This document shows, one piece after another, positions 30,214 to 39,600 of a DNA stretch of 64,000 bases; position 1 is the first letter of the stretch, and each line of letters opens with the position of its first letter. The position numbers and the translations under genes were made by a program. The stretch is from Chthoniobacteraceae bacterium (GTDB taxonomy: Bacteria; Verrucomicrobiota; Verrucomicrobiia; Chthoniobacterales; Chthoniobacteraceae): the NCBI GenBank assembly GCA_031409335.1, contig JANNWY010000170.1, positions 64,001-128,000 of the forward strand, written 5' to 3'. The notes beneath the pieces were generated by a model, which searched no databases, was not told the DNA's origin, and saw nothing but the letters and a program-made list of their open reading frames with translations.

Positions 30214-30438
30214 ATGAACGACGACACGCTGCGGGAAGCCAAAACGCGCCTCCGCACGAAATACATTGGCCAGTGCGGAATTCACGGCGTGGGCATTCGC
30301 GAGAGCCGCAATGCCGTGTGTCTCTACCTCGAACTCGCCGGCTCGCCTGAGCAGGAGGAAACGCTGCGCGAAGCGGCGGAAGATGCACTGCCGTTCGAAC
30401 TGTTGACAGTTGAAGCACCGCCCGCTCGGATCATGTAA
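30214..30438 (+). CDS. Small hypothetical protein resembling the N-terminal domain of Nal1-like proteases
   Basis: 74 aa; helix-GIHGVGI-strand-AVCLYL pattern parallels PNVTSIGVGY...LCIQLTV of the 25762 protein. Confidence 0.6.
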   Translation: MNDDTLREAKTRLRTKYIGQCGIHGVGIRESRNAVCLYLELAGSPEQEETLREAAEDALPFELLTVEAPPARIM

Positions 30439-30471
30439 GTCGCGATCGGTTTCGGAAACTAGCCGTGGGTG

Positions 30472-32289
30472 TCAGCCGATCTTTTGCTCCGCGCGTTTGC
30501 GCATTCCGGCGTTGAGGATCTTTTTGCGGAGGCGCAGGGATTTGGGGGTGACTTCCACGTATTCGTCGGGCGCGATGTATTCGAGCGAGCGCTCGAGCGT
30601 CATGACGAGCGGCGGGGAAAGGGAGATGCCTTTGCCGTCGCCGGTGCTGCGCATGTTGGAGAGCTTTTTGGCGCGGCAGGGATTCACCGGCATGTCGTCG
30701 GGACGGGCGTTTTCGCCGATGATCATTCCTTCGTAAATTTCGGCCTGCGCGCCGATGAAAAGTCGGCCGCGCTCCTGGATGGTTTCGAGCGAGTAGCTGG
30801 TGCTGATCCCCTGCTCCATCGCGACGAGCACGCCGTTGTTGCGGGTCGGGATTTCGCCTTTATACGGGCCGTATTCCTTGAAGAGATGCGACATGATGCC
30901 GTGGCCTTTCGTGCAGTTCACGAGGTCGGTCTCGAAACCGATGAGGCCGCGCGTGGGGACGATGGCCTGCACGGTGACGCTGTGCGGCTGGTGCTCCATG
31001 TGGATGATGTCGGCTTTGCGCCCGGCGAGCGATCGCAGGATGTCGCCGAGGCTGTCGTTGGGGACATCGACGTAGAGGGTTTCAAATGGCTCCATCAGCG
31101 AGCCGTCGTCGGTGCGCTGGTAGATGACCTCGGGGCGCGAGACGAGGATTTCAAAGCCTTCGCGGCGCATCTGCTCGACGAGGATGGCGATCTGCATTTC
31201 GCCGCGGGCCTGGATTTCAAAATGCCCGGCGATGTCGGTGTCGCCGAAGATGATGGAGACATTCGTGCGAGTCTCGCGGATGAGGCGCTCGCGGACTTGG
31301 CGGGCGGTGAGGAGCTTGCCTTCGCGTCCGGCGAGCGGGCCGTCGTTGATGCAAATCTTCATGGTGATCGTGGGAGGATCGATGTCCATGAAGGGCAGCG
31401 CGACGCGCTCCTCGGTGTCGGTGATGGTCTCGCCGATGAAGGCGTCCTCGAAGCCGCACAGGCCGATGATGTCGCCGGCGCTGGCGTGCTTCACTTCGAC
31501 TTTTGCGAGGCCTTCATGGGAGAAAATCGCGGTGACATTGGCGCGCTCGCGCGAGCCGTCCTTGGCGATGCGCACGCAGGTGTCGCCGAGTTTCACGCGG
31601 CCCGAGACGATGCGCCCGTAGGCGATTCGCCCGAGGTAATCGGAGTAGTCGAGGTTCGAGATGAGGAACTGGAAATACGCGACGTCGGAGGCGGGCGGCG
31701 GCGGGATGTGCTTCACGATGGCCTCGTAGAGCGGCGTCATCGTGGTGCTTTCCTCGTGGATTTCGCGCATCGCGTAGCCTTGCTTTGCGGAGGCGTAGAT
31801 GACTGGGAAATCGAGTTGCGCGTCGGTGGCGTTGAGTTCGACGAAGAGGTCGAAGATGAAGTCGAGGACCTTGTGCGGACGGGCGTTTTCGCGGTCGATT
31901 TTGTTGATGACGACGATCGGTTTCGCGCCGTTTTCGAGCGCCTTGCGGAGCACGAATTTCGTCTGCGCCTGCGGCCCATCGTGGGCATCGACGACGAGCA
32001 GCACGCCGTCGATCATTTTCATGATGCGCTCCACTTCACCGCCAAAATCCGCGTGGCCAGGTGTATCGACGATGTTGATGTGGTAGTCGTGCCAGCGAAA
32101 CGCGGCGTTTTTTGCACGAATGGTGATGCCCTTTTCCCGCTCCAAATCCATCGAATCCATGATGCGCTCTTCGGAGGCTTTGGCTTCATTTGCGCGGAAG
32201 GTGCCGGCCTGTTTGAGGAGGCAGTCAACGAGCGTGGTTTTACCGTGATCGACGTGTGCGATGATGGCGATGTTGCGAATGTGTTCCAT
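30472..32289 (-). CDS. typA: Translational GTPase TypA/BipA
   Basis: [44 protein letters not shown]-terminal [20 protein letters not shown]. Confidence 0.97.
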   Translation of the reverse strand: MEHIRNIAIIAHVDHGKTTLVDCLLKQAGTFRANEAKASEERIMDSMDLEREKGITIRAKNAAFRWHDYHINIVDTPGHADFGGEVERIMKMIDGVLLVVDAHDGPQAQTKFVLRKALENGAKPIVVINKIDRENARPHKVLDFIFDLFVELNATDAQLDFPVIYASAKQGYAMREIHEESTTMTPLYEAIVKHIPPPPASDVAYFQFLISNLDYSDYLGRIAYGRIVSGRVKLGDTCVRIAKDGSRERANVTAIFSHEGLAKVEVKHASAGDIIGLCGFEDAFIGETITDTEERVALPFMDIDPPTITMKICINDGPLAGREGKLLTARQVRERLIRETRTNVSIIFGDTDIAGHFEIQARGEMQIAILVEQMRREGFEILVSRPEVIYQRTDDGSLMEPFETLYVDVPNDSLGDILRSLAGRKADIIHMEHQPHSVTVQAIVPTRGLIGFETDLVNCTKGHGIMSHLFKEYGPYKGEIPTRNNGVLVAMEQGISTSYSLETIQERGRLFIGAQAEIYEGMIIGENARPDDMPVNPCRAKKLSNMRSTGDGKGISLSPPLVMTLERSLEYIAPDEYVEVTPKSLRLRKKILNAGMRKRAEQKIG

Positions 32290-32416
32290 GTCAGTTTCCG
32301 GTAAAATTGTGGCGTGTTCGGCGCTCAAGGGGCGCGGAGTATAGGTGCGAAGCGGGCCGCGTCAACGGACGATGCGGGATATTGCGCCGGGATGTGAAGG
32401 CGGTATCATTCCGGCC

Positions 32417-33016
32417 ATGACTGCCGAACGCGCTGCCGCACAACTGATGTCCGTGGAGGATTATTTGGAATGGGAGGAAACTCAGGAACAGCGTCACGAA
32501 TACGTGGGGGGAATGGTTTACGCGATGGAGGCGATGGCGGGTGGGACGATCGATCATGCCGCAGTCTCCGCAAATTCGCTGATCGCCATCGGTGCGCGCC
32601 TGCGCGGCAAAGCGTGTCGTCCGTTTGGCTCGGATTTGAAAGTGCGGATCGAACACCCAACGCACACCCGGTTCTACTATCCTGATTTGACGGTGATTTG
32701 TGAACTGGGTGAGGGACAGGCTCGGTACCACGACAAACCGGCGGTCATCGTCAAGGTCGCGTCGGATTCCACCCGGCGGACCGACGAGTTGGAAAAGAAA
32801 GACGCATATCTGTCGATTCCCTCCTTGAGCGTTTACATTCAGTTGGAGCAGGATGCGGCGGTGGCGGTGGTTTGGCGCCGCGGCGATGATGGGTTCGCAC
32901 GGGAAACTTACTACGGCTTGGACGCAGTGGTTGGGCTACCGGAAATCGGCGCGGAGTTACCGCTGGCTGAGGCATACGAAGGGATGAACTTCCCGCCTCC
33001 GCCCACCGCGAAGTGA
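32417..33016 (+). CDS. Uma2 (DUF820) family endonuclease
   Basis: SVEDYL..E....RHEY..G..YAM.GG...H, YYPDL.V.C, S.ST...D..EK..AY..IPSL..Y. Confidence 0.88.
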   Translation: MTAERAAAQLMSVEDYLEWEETQEQRHEYVGGMVYAMEAMAGGTIDHAAVSANSLIAIGARLRGKACRPFGSDLKVRIEHPTHTRFYYPDLTVICELGEGQARYHDKPAVIVKVASDSTRRTDELEKKDAYLSIPSLSVYIQLEQDAAVAVVWRRGDDGFARETYYGLDAVVGLPEIGAELPLAEAYEGMNFPPPPTAK

Positions 33017-33088
33017 AACATTTTCCGCCCGCCCCTTGACCGCACGCGGAGCATCCCGTAACAAACCGGCCCTCACTCCAAAAAATTT

Positions 33089-33247
33089 ATGGGCCAGCAA
33101 ACAAACAAGATTCAGAAACGCCGCCGCCGTCTCGACTATCTCGAGCGCAAGAAGACCAAGTTGCTCACGGCTTCCGTGCGCAAGCCGATCAAGAAAAAAG
33201 CTCCCGCGAAGAAGAAGGCACCCGCGGCGGCTCCGGCGGCGGAGTAA
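33089..33247 (+). CDS. Small highly basic protein (52 aa)
   Basis: Below the ORF-track cut-off: MGQQTNKIQKRRRRLDYLERKKTKLLTASVRKPIKKKAPAKKKAPAAAPAAE*. A-rich leader, upstream TTGACC-17bp-TAACAA, downstream inverted repeat. Confidence 0.75.
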   Translation: MGQQTNKIQKRRRRLDYLERKKTKLLTASVRKPIKKKAPAKKKAPAAAPAAE

Positions 33248-33258
33248 GTGCCGTTCGT

Positions 33259-33310
33259 GATCGGTGAACGGAGCACGCTCCGGCTCTTCGTTTTTCATCG
33301 TTCACCGATC
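33259..33310. repeat. 12-bp perfect inverted repeat with nested hairpin (possible terminator/stabiliser)
   Basis: GATCGGTGAACG (33259-33270) ... CGTTCACCGATC (33299-33310), with inner GGAGC-AC-GCTCC. Confidence 0.5.
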
Positions 33311-33321
33311 CCATCCGCCCC

Positions 33322-33753
33322 GTGCGCTATCTCCTCGTGGATGGCCACAGCGTCATCTTTGCGTGGGAGGATTTGCGGAAGATGCACGCGCGCCGCACGG
33401 CGTCGGCGCGGGATGAATTGATTCGTCGGCTCACGGCGTATCAGGACGCGACCAGTGTGCGGGTAGTCGCGGTTTTCGATGGGAAAGGCGATGCCGCAAA
33501 CGAGGCGAGCGAACCGGGCGGCATCCAGATTTTCTACAGCGGCGCGGGCCTGGACGCGGACGCGATCGTGGAGCGGCTCGTCGCGAAGTATGCGTCGCAG
33601 CACGAGATGTCCGTGGCGACGGACGACCACATGGAGCGGCAGACGGCGGAGACTTTCGGCGCGATCGCGATTTCGACGGATCACCTGCGCCTGCTGTTGA
33701 GCGACGCGGAGGGCGACCTCACGCGCCGCATCAAGCGGCACCGGCGGAAATAG
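33322..33753 (+). CDS. NYN domain (YacP/Rae1-like) ribonuclease
   Basis: YLLVDGHSVI, AR..LI..L..Y, VVAVFDG, ADAIVERL, VATDD. Confidence 0.88.
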   Translation: MRYLLVDGHSVIFAWEDLRKMHARRTASARDELIRRLTAYQDATSVRVVAVFDGKGDAANEASEPGGIQIFYSGAGLDADAIVERLVAKYASQHEMSVATDDHMERQTAETFGAIAISTDHLRLLLSDAEGDLTRRIKRHRRK

Positions 33754-33756
33754 AAA

Positions 33757-33785
33757 CGGCGGCCAGCTTTTGCCGCTGGCCGCCG
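33757..33785. terminator. Intrinsic terminator hairpin between convergent genes
   Basis: CGGCGGCCAGC-loop-GCTGGCCGCCG followed by TTCGTTTT. Confidence 0.65.
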
Positions 33786-33812
33786 CTTCGTTTTGAGAGG
33801 TAGGGACTTGTT

Positions 33813-34244
33813 TTAAGCCGGGCGTTTGCCGAGCAGATCGCGGATCTCGGTGAGGAGCTTCACGTCGGCTGGAATCTCGGCGACGGGCGCGGGTTTGGCC
33901 TCTTCCGTCTTCTTCATTTTGTTCATCGCCTTCACGAGCATGAAAATGCAGAAGGCGAGAATCGCGAAGTTGATGGCGATGGTGAGAAAGTTTCCGTAAG
34001 CGAAAGCTGGCCCGCTTGCCTTCGCGACGGCGAGCGAACTTCCCGACACGATCTTGTCGGAAAGCGGGAGGTATAGATTACTAAAATCGACGTTTCCGAT
34101 CAGCTTGCCGACGACCGGCATGATGAGGTCTTCGATGACGGAATTGACGATCTTGCCGAAGGCGCTGCCGATGATCACGCCGACCGCGAGATCGACGACA
34201 TTGCCCTTTAGGGCGAACTCTTTGAATTCTTGAACCATGCTCAT
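33813..34244 (-). CDS. mscL: Large-conductance mechanosensitive channel
   Basis: [42 protein letters not shown]. Confidence 0.97.
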   Translation of the reverse strand: MSMVQEFKEFALKGNVVDLAVGVIIGSAFGKIVNSVIEDLIMPVVGKLIGNVDFSNLYLPLSDKIVSGSSLAVAKASGPAFAYGNFLTIAINFAILAFCIFMLVKAMNKMKKTEEAKPAPVAEIPADVKLLTEIRDLLGKRPA

Positions 34245-34389
34245 AGTTTTGATTTGTGTGATTTGTTGATATTTGGATTGGTTTTAGCAGGCCGACTTTT
34301 TGCCGACCTGTCCGCTTCTACGTATGGGACAGGAAAGTGGAAGCAAAACAATTTGCCGCTCGCGGCGAAGCGGTTACGGTCTGCGCCCC

Positions 34390-34842
34390 ATGTCTTTCCA
34401 AGAACGCATCGACAACGATTTGAAAGTAGCGATGAAGGCGCGGCAGGCCGAGCGGCTCAATGTTTTGCGGATGCTGAAAACCGCGCTCAAGAATCTGGCC
34501 ATTGAAAAGGAGGGTTTGAATTTTGTTTTAAGCGATGTGGACGCGCTGGCGGTCGTGCGGAAGGAGATGAAAAAGCGGCAGGATTCGATCGAGAGTTTTA
34601 CCAAAGGCAACCGGCCGGAACTCGCCGAGAAGGAAAAGGCGGAAGCGGAAATCCTCGCGGCGTATCTGCCGCAGGCACTTTCCGCGGATGAGCTGAAGGA
34701 TCTCGTCGCGGCAGCGATCACCGAAGCTGGCGCGACCTCAAAAGCGCAGATGGGCGCGGTGATGAAGATCGCCGTCGAGCGGTCGGCTGGCCGCGCGGAT
34801 GGCAAAGCTCTGAGCGCCGCAGTGGCCGCGGCGCTGGGTTAA
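34390..34842 (+). CDS. GatB/YqeY domain protein
   Basis: DLK.AMKA, LRMLK, K.R.DSI..F..G.R.ELA..E, YLPQ.LS, MG.VMK, ADGK. Confidence 0.93.
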   Translation: MSFQERIDNDLKVAMKARQAERLNVLRMLKTALKNLAIEKEGLNFVLSDVDALAVVRKEMKKRQDSIESFTKGNRPELAEKEKAEAEILAAYLPQALSADELKDLVAAAITEAGATSKAQMGAVMKIAVERSAGRADGKALSAAVAAALG

Positions 34843-34855
34843 TTCATCAATATAC

Positions 34856-35575
34856 ATGGTCTCCGCCATCATCGTCGCCGCCGGCAGCAGCCGCCGCATG
34901 GGCTTTGACAAGCTCTTCACGCCGCTCGCCGGAAAGCCGGTGATCTGGCACTCACTCAAGGCTTTCTCCGACTGCCGCGACATCGACGAGATCGTGATCG
35001 TGGCCCGCGAGGATCGGCTGGGTGAATTTGAAAGGCTGCTCGCGGGGGAAAAAATGCCCAAGGTGACAAAGCTCATCGCGGGCGGAAACGAGCGGCATGA
35101 TTCCGTGTGGAATGGCCTCCAGTCCGTCGCGAGCGAAGGCTGCCAGTTCGTCGTGATTCACGACGGCGCGCGCCCGCTCACCACGCCAAAGCTCATCTGC
35201 GCCGTGCTCGACATGGCGCGCACCCACGGCGCTGCGTGCTGTGCATCACCCATCCCCGACACGGTGAAGCGCGCGAGCGTCGAGCAGATGGTGCAGGAAA
35301 GCGTGGAGCGCACGGGGCTCTGGGCGATGCAGACGCCGCAGGTCTTTTCCGCAGGCCTGATCCTCCAAGCCTACGCCTCCGTGATGGCGAAACGCGAACT
35401 CGTGACCGACGAAGTCTCCGCTGTGCAGAAGCTTGGAAAAAAAATCGCGCTCTACAAAAACGAAGACTGGAATTTTAAGATCACCTTTCCGCATGACATC
35501 GAGCTCGCCGAGCATGTGCTCGGGCTGCGCGCGGCGAAAAAATCAACGAAGTCTGCTAAATCGGATGCAAGATAG
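34856..35575 (+). CDS. ispD: 2-C-methyl-D-erythritol 4-phosphate cytidylyltransferase
   Basis: IIVAAGSSRRMGFDK, GG.ERHDSV..GL, IHDGARP, QTPQVF, TDE, NFKITFP.D. Confidence 0.95.
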   Translation: MVSAIIVAAGSSRRMGFDKLFTPLAGKPVIWHSLKAFSDCRDIDEIVIVAREDRLGEFERLLAGEKMPKVTKLIAGGNERHDSVWNGLQSVASEGCQFVVIHDGARPLTTPKLICAVLDMARTHGAACCASPIPDTVKRASVEQMVQESVERTGLWAMQTPQVFSAGLILQAYASVMAKRELVTDEVSAVQKLGKKIALYKNEDWNFKITFPHDIELAEHVLGLRAAKKSTKSAKSDAR

Positions 35576-35599
35576 GGATTGAGAGTGGAGACTCCACAC

Positions 35600-35669
35600 T
35601 CCTGATCTTGCTCCTGCTCTTGATCTTGATGCTTTCGGCTTTGGATCAAGATCAAGAGCAAGATCAGGA
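35600..35669. repeat. Hexamer-array inverted repeat (GATCTT/GCTCYT units)
   Basis: TCCTGATCTTGCTCCTGCTCTTGATCTTGAT ... ATCAAGATCAAGAGCAAGATCAGGA; same family as 40567-40642. Confidence 0.75.
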
Positions 35670-35690
35670 TGAAGAAAATTGAACGCCTAA

Positions 35691-36959
35691 ATGGATTACC
35701 CTTACCAAGTCACCGCGCTGCCCAATGGCTGCCGGATCGCCTCATTCGACATGCCGCACATGCGCAGCGTCTCCGTGGGCTTTTGGGCGGCGGTCGGCGG
35801 CAGGCATGAGACTGCGGAAGTCAGTGGCATCTCGCACTTCATCGAGCACCTGCTTTTCAAAGGCACACGCCAGCGCTCGGCAAAGGAAATCAGCGAGCAG
35901 ATCGAAGGCGTCGGCGGATACATCAATGCCTTCACCACCGAGGATCACACGTGCTACTACGCCAAGGCTGCGGTGCAGCATTTCGAGCGGCTGTGCGATG
36001 TGCTCGGCGACATGTACCGGCACAGTGTTTTCGCGAAGCAGGAGATCGAAAAAGAGCGCGATGTCGTGCGCGAGGAAATCCTGATGTATCGCGACAATCC
36101 CGCGCAGCACGCGCAGGAAATCCTCACCCAAACCATGTGGCCCGGCCACGCGCTCGGGCGTCCACTCACCGGCACGGTCGAGACGATTGGCGCATTTCAG
36201 CGCGCGCAGCTTTTGGAATATCAGCACCGGACCTACGTCGGGCGCACCACCATCGTCGCCATCGCCGGCCCGCTGCGGCACGAGCGCGTGTTGGAAATCC
36301 TCACGCCGATCCTGCAGCGCATCCCGGCGGGACGCACCCCGCGCTTCAGCCGCGCGCGCCTCCGCGAAGGCCCCGCCCGCGTCTCGCTCGTCACGCAGGA
36401 CACTGAGCAAACCCATCTCGCCATGGGCTTCCACGCATTCGGCCGGCGCGACGAACGCCGCTTCGCGCTCAAGCTCCTCAGCGTCATCCTCGGCGAAAAC
36501 ATGAGCTCGCGCCTTTTCCAAAAACTCCGCGAAGAACGCGGCTACTGCTACAGCGTGCAGACCAGCACCGTCACCCTCGAAGACGCCGGCGCCTTTTCCC
36601 TCTACGCCGGGCTCGACCCGAAAAATCTCAAACGCGCCGTCCGCCTCATCCTCCGCGAGCTCGAGAACATCTGCCGCAAAAAACCCGGCAAAGAGGAACT
36701 CCGCCAAGCCCAGGACTACACCATCGGCCAAACCTTGATGGGTCTCGAAAGCACCACCAACCAAATGATGTGGATGGGCGAAAGCCTCCTCAGCTACCGC
36801 CACGTCCTCAATCCCACCGAAATCGAGCACCGCATCCAGGCCGTCACACCGGAGGAAGTGCAACGCTGCGCCTGCCACTGCCTAAATCGCGGACGCCTCG
36901 GAGTTGCCGTCGTCGGCCCAATGAAGGAACCCCGCGAGATCGAAGGCTGGCTCGCGTAG
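35691..36959 (+). CDS. M16 family (pitrilysin-like) zinc peptidase
   Basis: GISHFIEHLLFKGT (HxxEH), NAFT, E..VV.EEI, SSRLFQKLREERG..Y. Confidence 0.93.
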   Translation: MDYPYQVTALPNGCRIASFDMPHMRSVSVGFWAAVGGRHETAEVSGISHFIEHLLFKGTRQRSAKEISEQIEGVGGYINAFTTEDHTCYYAKAAVQHFERLCDVLGDMYRHSVFAKQEIEKERDVVREEILMYRDNPAQHAQEILTQTMWPGHALGRPLTGTVETIGAFQRAQLLEYQHRTYVGRTTIVAIAGPLRHERVLEILTPILQRIPAGRTPRFSRARLREGPARVSLVTQDTEQTHLAMGFHAFGRRDERRFALKLLSVILGENMSSRLFQKLREERGYCYSVQTSTVTLEDAGAFSLYAGLDPKNLKRAVRLILRELENICRKKPGKEELRQAQDYTIGQTLMGLESTTNQMMWMGESLLSYRHVLNPTEIEHRIQAVTPEEVQRCACHCLNRGRLGVAVVGPMKEPREIEGWLA

Positions 36960-37092
36960 CGATCGGGTTTTGAACCGATGTGGGTAGGTTCGGTGGGATG
37001 AAAAATGGTGCAAGCTGGCAAGGCGGCAGTCTGCGAACGCGCCCGAACCTCGGACCCGGAAAATTACAAATCGGCACGATGGGCAGCATCAC

Positions 37093-38415
37093 TCACCCGT
37101 CGATTTTCCAGCCGTCGCGATACGGCCGTGTGAGCAGGCGTTCGGCGGCTGGATTGTTCGGAATGCGGAATGCGGCGGCGTCCCACGTCAGCTCCGCGCC
37201 GGGGGCGCGCGCGGCCACATTGCCGAGTTGCACCGATTCGTTCAGCGGGCCCGCGTAGTGGAAACCGTCGCTCGTGCGCACATTTTCGAGCACACCATCG
37301 ACCCAGCGGTGGTAATGATTCGCGCCGGGTACTTTCTCGATGGTGAAGGAGGAAAACTTTTCCCCGGGATACAGCTTCGGCATTCCCACATGCGGCAGAA
37401 CCATCGTGCCGCCTTCGCCGATGAAGAGCGATCCCGCGCCGGGCAGTTTCGTGTCGTCGCGCATTTGCGCGAGCGCGATGTCGGGCTGGCGTCCGCCGTC
37501 GTACCACGTGAGCGGCAGCCTGTCGTCCGCGGTGAATTTTGTGCCCGGAAAAATATAGAAGACGGTCGCCGCATCCGGCCAGGTCTGTGAGTTCACGGCA
37601 TCGCTATCCGCGCGCACGGTGAGCGGCGCGGTGAGTTCGAGCGCGGTGAAAACGGGGTCGAGAATGTGGCAGCCGAAATCGCCGAGCGCGCCGCTGCCAA
37701 AGTCCTGCCAGTCGCGCCAGTTAAACGGGTGATACATTTTCGGCGCGAAGTCGCGCATCGGCGCGGTGCCGATCCACGAATCCCACGCGAGCGTCGCCGG
37801 CACAGGACCGGCCGGTGGCAGCGCAGTGAGGCCGGTGTATTGATTCCCGCGATTCCCGATCCACGAATGCACTGCCTTGATTTTCCCGATCGCACCGTCG
37901 CGGATCAGCTTCACGCCAGTGCGATATTCGCTCGCGCTGTGGATCTGATTTCCCATCTGCGTGATGACTTTGGACTTGTCCGCCTGGAGCCGCATCTGGC
38001 GCGATTCCCAGACGGTGTGCGTCAGCGGTTTCTGGCAATAGACATGTTTCCCGCGCCGCATCGCATCGAGCGCGATGAAGGCGTGCATGTGATCTGGCGT
38101 GGAAACCTGCACCGCGTCGAGCGAGTCGCCGAGCTTCGCAAACATCTCGCGGAAATCCTGGAAGTGCGGGATGCCGGAAAACTTTTTGTCCGCCCCGTCG
38201 AAGCGCGCGGTATCGACATCGCAGAAGCCAACGAATTGCACGCGCGAATGTGACCCGATTTCAACGAGATCGGAAAGCCCCTGCCCATTCGCACCGACGA
38301 CGCCGACTTGCAGTTTCCCGTTCGCATTCACGCTGCGGACGATGTTTGGAAAAGCCATCGCGCCGAGCGAGCCAGCGGCGGTGCGACAGAGGAAGGAACG
38401 ACGGGTGATGCGCAT
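37093..38415 (-). CDS. Tat-exported Gfo/Idh/MocA oxidoreductase
   Basis: TRRSFL twin-arginine signal, STPDH.H, KHVYCQKPL, QMGNQ, WR...DFG.G.LGD.GCH..D. Confidence 0.92.
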   Translation of the reverse strand: MRITRRSFLCRTAAGSLGAMAFPNIVRSVNANGKLQVGVVGANGQGLSDLVEIGSHSRVQFVGFCDVDTARFDGADKKFSGIPHFQDFREMFAKLGDSLDAVQVSTPDHMHAFIALDAMRRGKHVYCQKPLTHTVWESRQMRLQADKSKVITQMGNQIHSASEYRTGVKLIRDGAIGKIKAVHSWIGNRGNQYTGLTALPPAGPVPATLAWDSWIGTAPMRDFAPKMYHPFNWRDWQDFGSGALGDFGCHILDPVFTALELTAPLTVRADSDAVNSQTWPDAATVFYIFPGTKFTADDRLPLTWYDGGRQPDIALAQMRDDTKLPGAGSLFIGEGGTMVLPHVGMPKLYPGEKFSSFTIEKVPGANHYHRWVDGVLENVRTSDGFHYAGPLNESVQLGNVAARAPGAELTWDAAAFRIPNNPAAERLLTRPYRDGWKIDG

Positions 38416-38553
38416 GGGAGTGTGGGAGTGAATGTGGAACTGCGGGGCGCGGGCAAACTTAGTGATGACGAGCGCGCCTCCAGAAATCTGACGCATTCGC
38501 AAAGTGCGCCCGCGGCGTCCGTTCAAAACTCCGCAACGCCGGCGCGGCGACGC

Positions 38554-39513
38554 TCAGAACACGACCGGCTCGCCTTCCGTCATCATGAAGATGCGGTCGC
38601 GGATGCCGTGGTGTTTCGCGCAGGCGAGCAGCCGCTCCGGCGGCTCGTGCAGCGGCTCATAGCTGAGGCGGAAACTGCCGTAGTGCATCGGCACCATGCG
38701 CTGCGCGCCGAGGTCCATGAATGCCTGGATTGCCTCCTCGGGATTCATGTGAACGTCGCGGCCGGTCGGCGGCTCGTACGCGCCGATGGGCAGCAGCGCG
38801 AGGTCGATCGAGTGGCGCCGGCCGATCTCCTCGAAGCCCTCGAAATATGCCGTGTCACCGCAGTGAAAAATCGTGCGCCCGCCGGCCTCGATGATGAATC
38901 CGCCGAAGCCGCGATGCGAATCGTGCAGCACGCGCGCGCCCCAATGATGGCAGGGCGTGAGCGTGATCTTCAGCGGCCCGAGATCGAACGTCTCCCAATA
39001 GTGCAGCTCGTGGACGCTCTTGAAGCCGAGATCGTGGACCAGATTGCCCACTTCAAATGGCACGACGATCGGCTGATCCGCGGCGACGGCGCGCAGTGTT
39101 TTCCGATCGAGGTGATCGAAGTGCGCGTGCGTCACGAGCACGAGGTCGATGTCCGGCAGATCGTGCAATTTCACGCCGGGATGCCGCACCCGCTTCACGA
39201 CTTTCAGCCACTTCGCCCAGTTCGGATCGACCAGCAGATTGTGCCCGCGCGTTTGCAGGAGAAAGGACGCGTGGCCGATCCACGTCAGGCAAATCTCGCC
39301 ATCCTTCAGCTCGGGCCAGTCCGGCTTCGCGTGAATGCCGGCGCGTTTCGTAAAAATCGAGGGCAGCCACACTTCGGTGAAAAAGTTCCGCCGATGCCAG
39401 CCGTTCTTCGGCGCAAGCCCGATTTTTTTCGCCTTGTGCGGCTTCGGGTCGTCGTGCGCCGACTTGGTGATCGCGGCCTTTGGCTTGGATTTGTTGCGGA
39501 ACGGATTCGGCAC
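38554..39513 (-). CDS. MBL-fold metallo-hydrolase (RomA/NAPE-PLD-like)
   Basis: WIGHASFL, THAHFDHLD, HHWG.R, FHCGDTAY, LPIGAY, HMNPEEA, PMHYGSF. GTG start is uncertain. Confidence 0.88.
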   Translation of the reverse strand: MPNPFRNKSKPKAAITKSAHDDPKPHKAKKIGLAPKNGWHRRNFFTEVWLPSIFTKRAGIHAKPDWPELKDGEICLTWIGHASFLLQTRGHNLLVDPNWAKWLKVVKRVRHPGVKLHDLPDIDLVLVTHAHFDHLDRKTLRAVAADQPIVVPFEVGNLVHDLGFKSVHELHYWETFDLGPLKITLTPCHHWGARVLHDSHRGFGGFIIEAGGRTIFHCGDTAYFEGFEEIGRRHSIDLALLPIGAYEPPTGRDVHMNPEEAIQAFMDLGAQRMVPMHYGSFRLSYEPLHEPPERLLACAKHHGIRDRIFMMTEGEPVVF

Positions 39514-39600
39514 GGGGCACGACTGTATGCGGCGATGTTCGGCAGGCAAAACATTCGTGCGGTGCTTGCATGGAATGATCACGCCGGGTGCAATGCGCGG

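Noticed and set aside
39514..39600. 6S RNA upstream of 5-formyl-THF cyclo-ligase
   Set aside because: The intergenic gap is under 90 nt, too short for a ~180-nt 6S RNA, and no long rod-like structure is seen.
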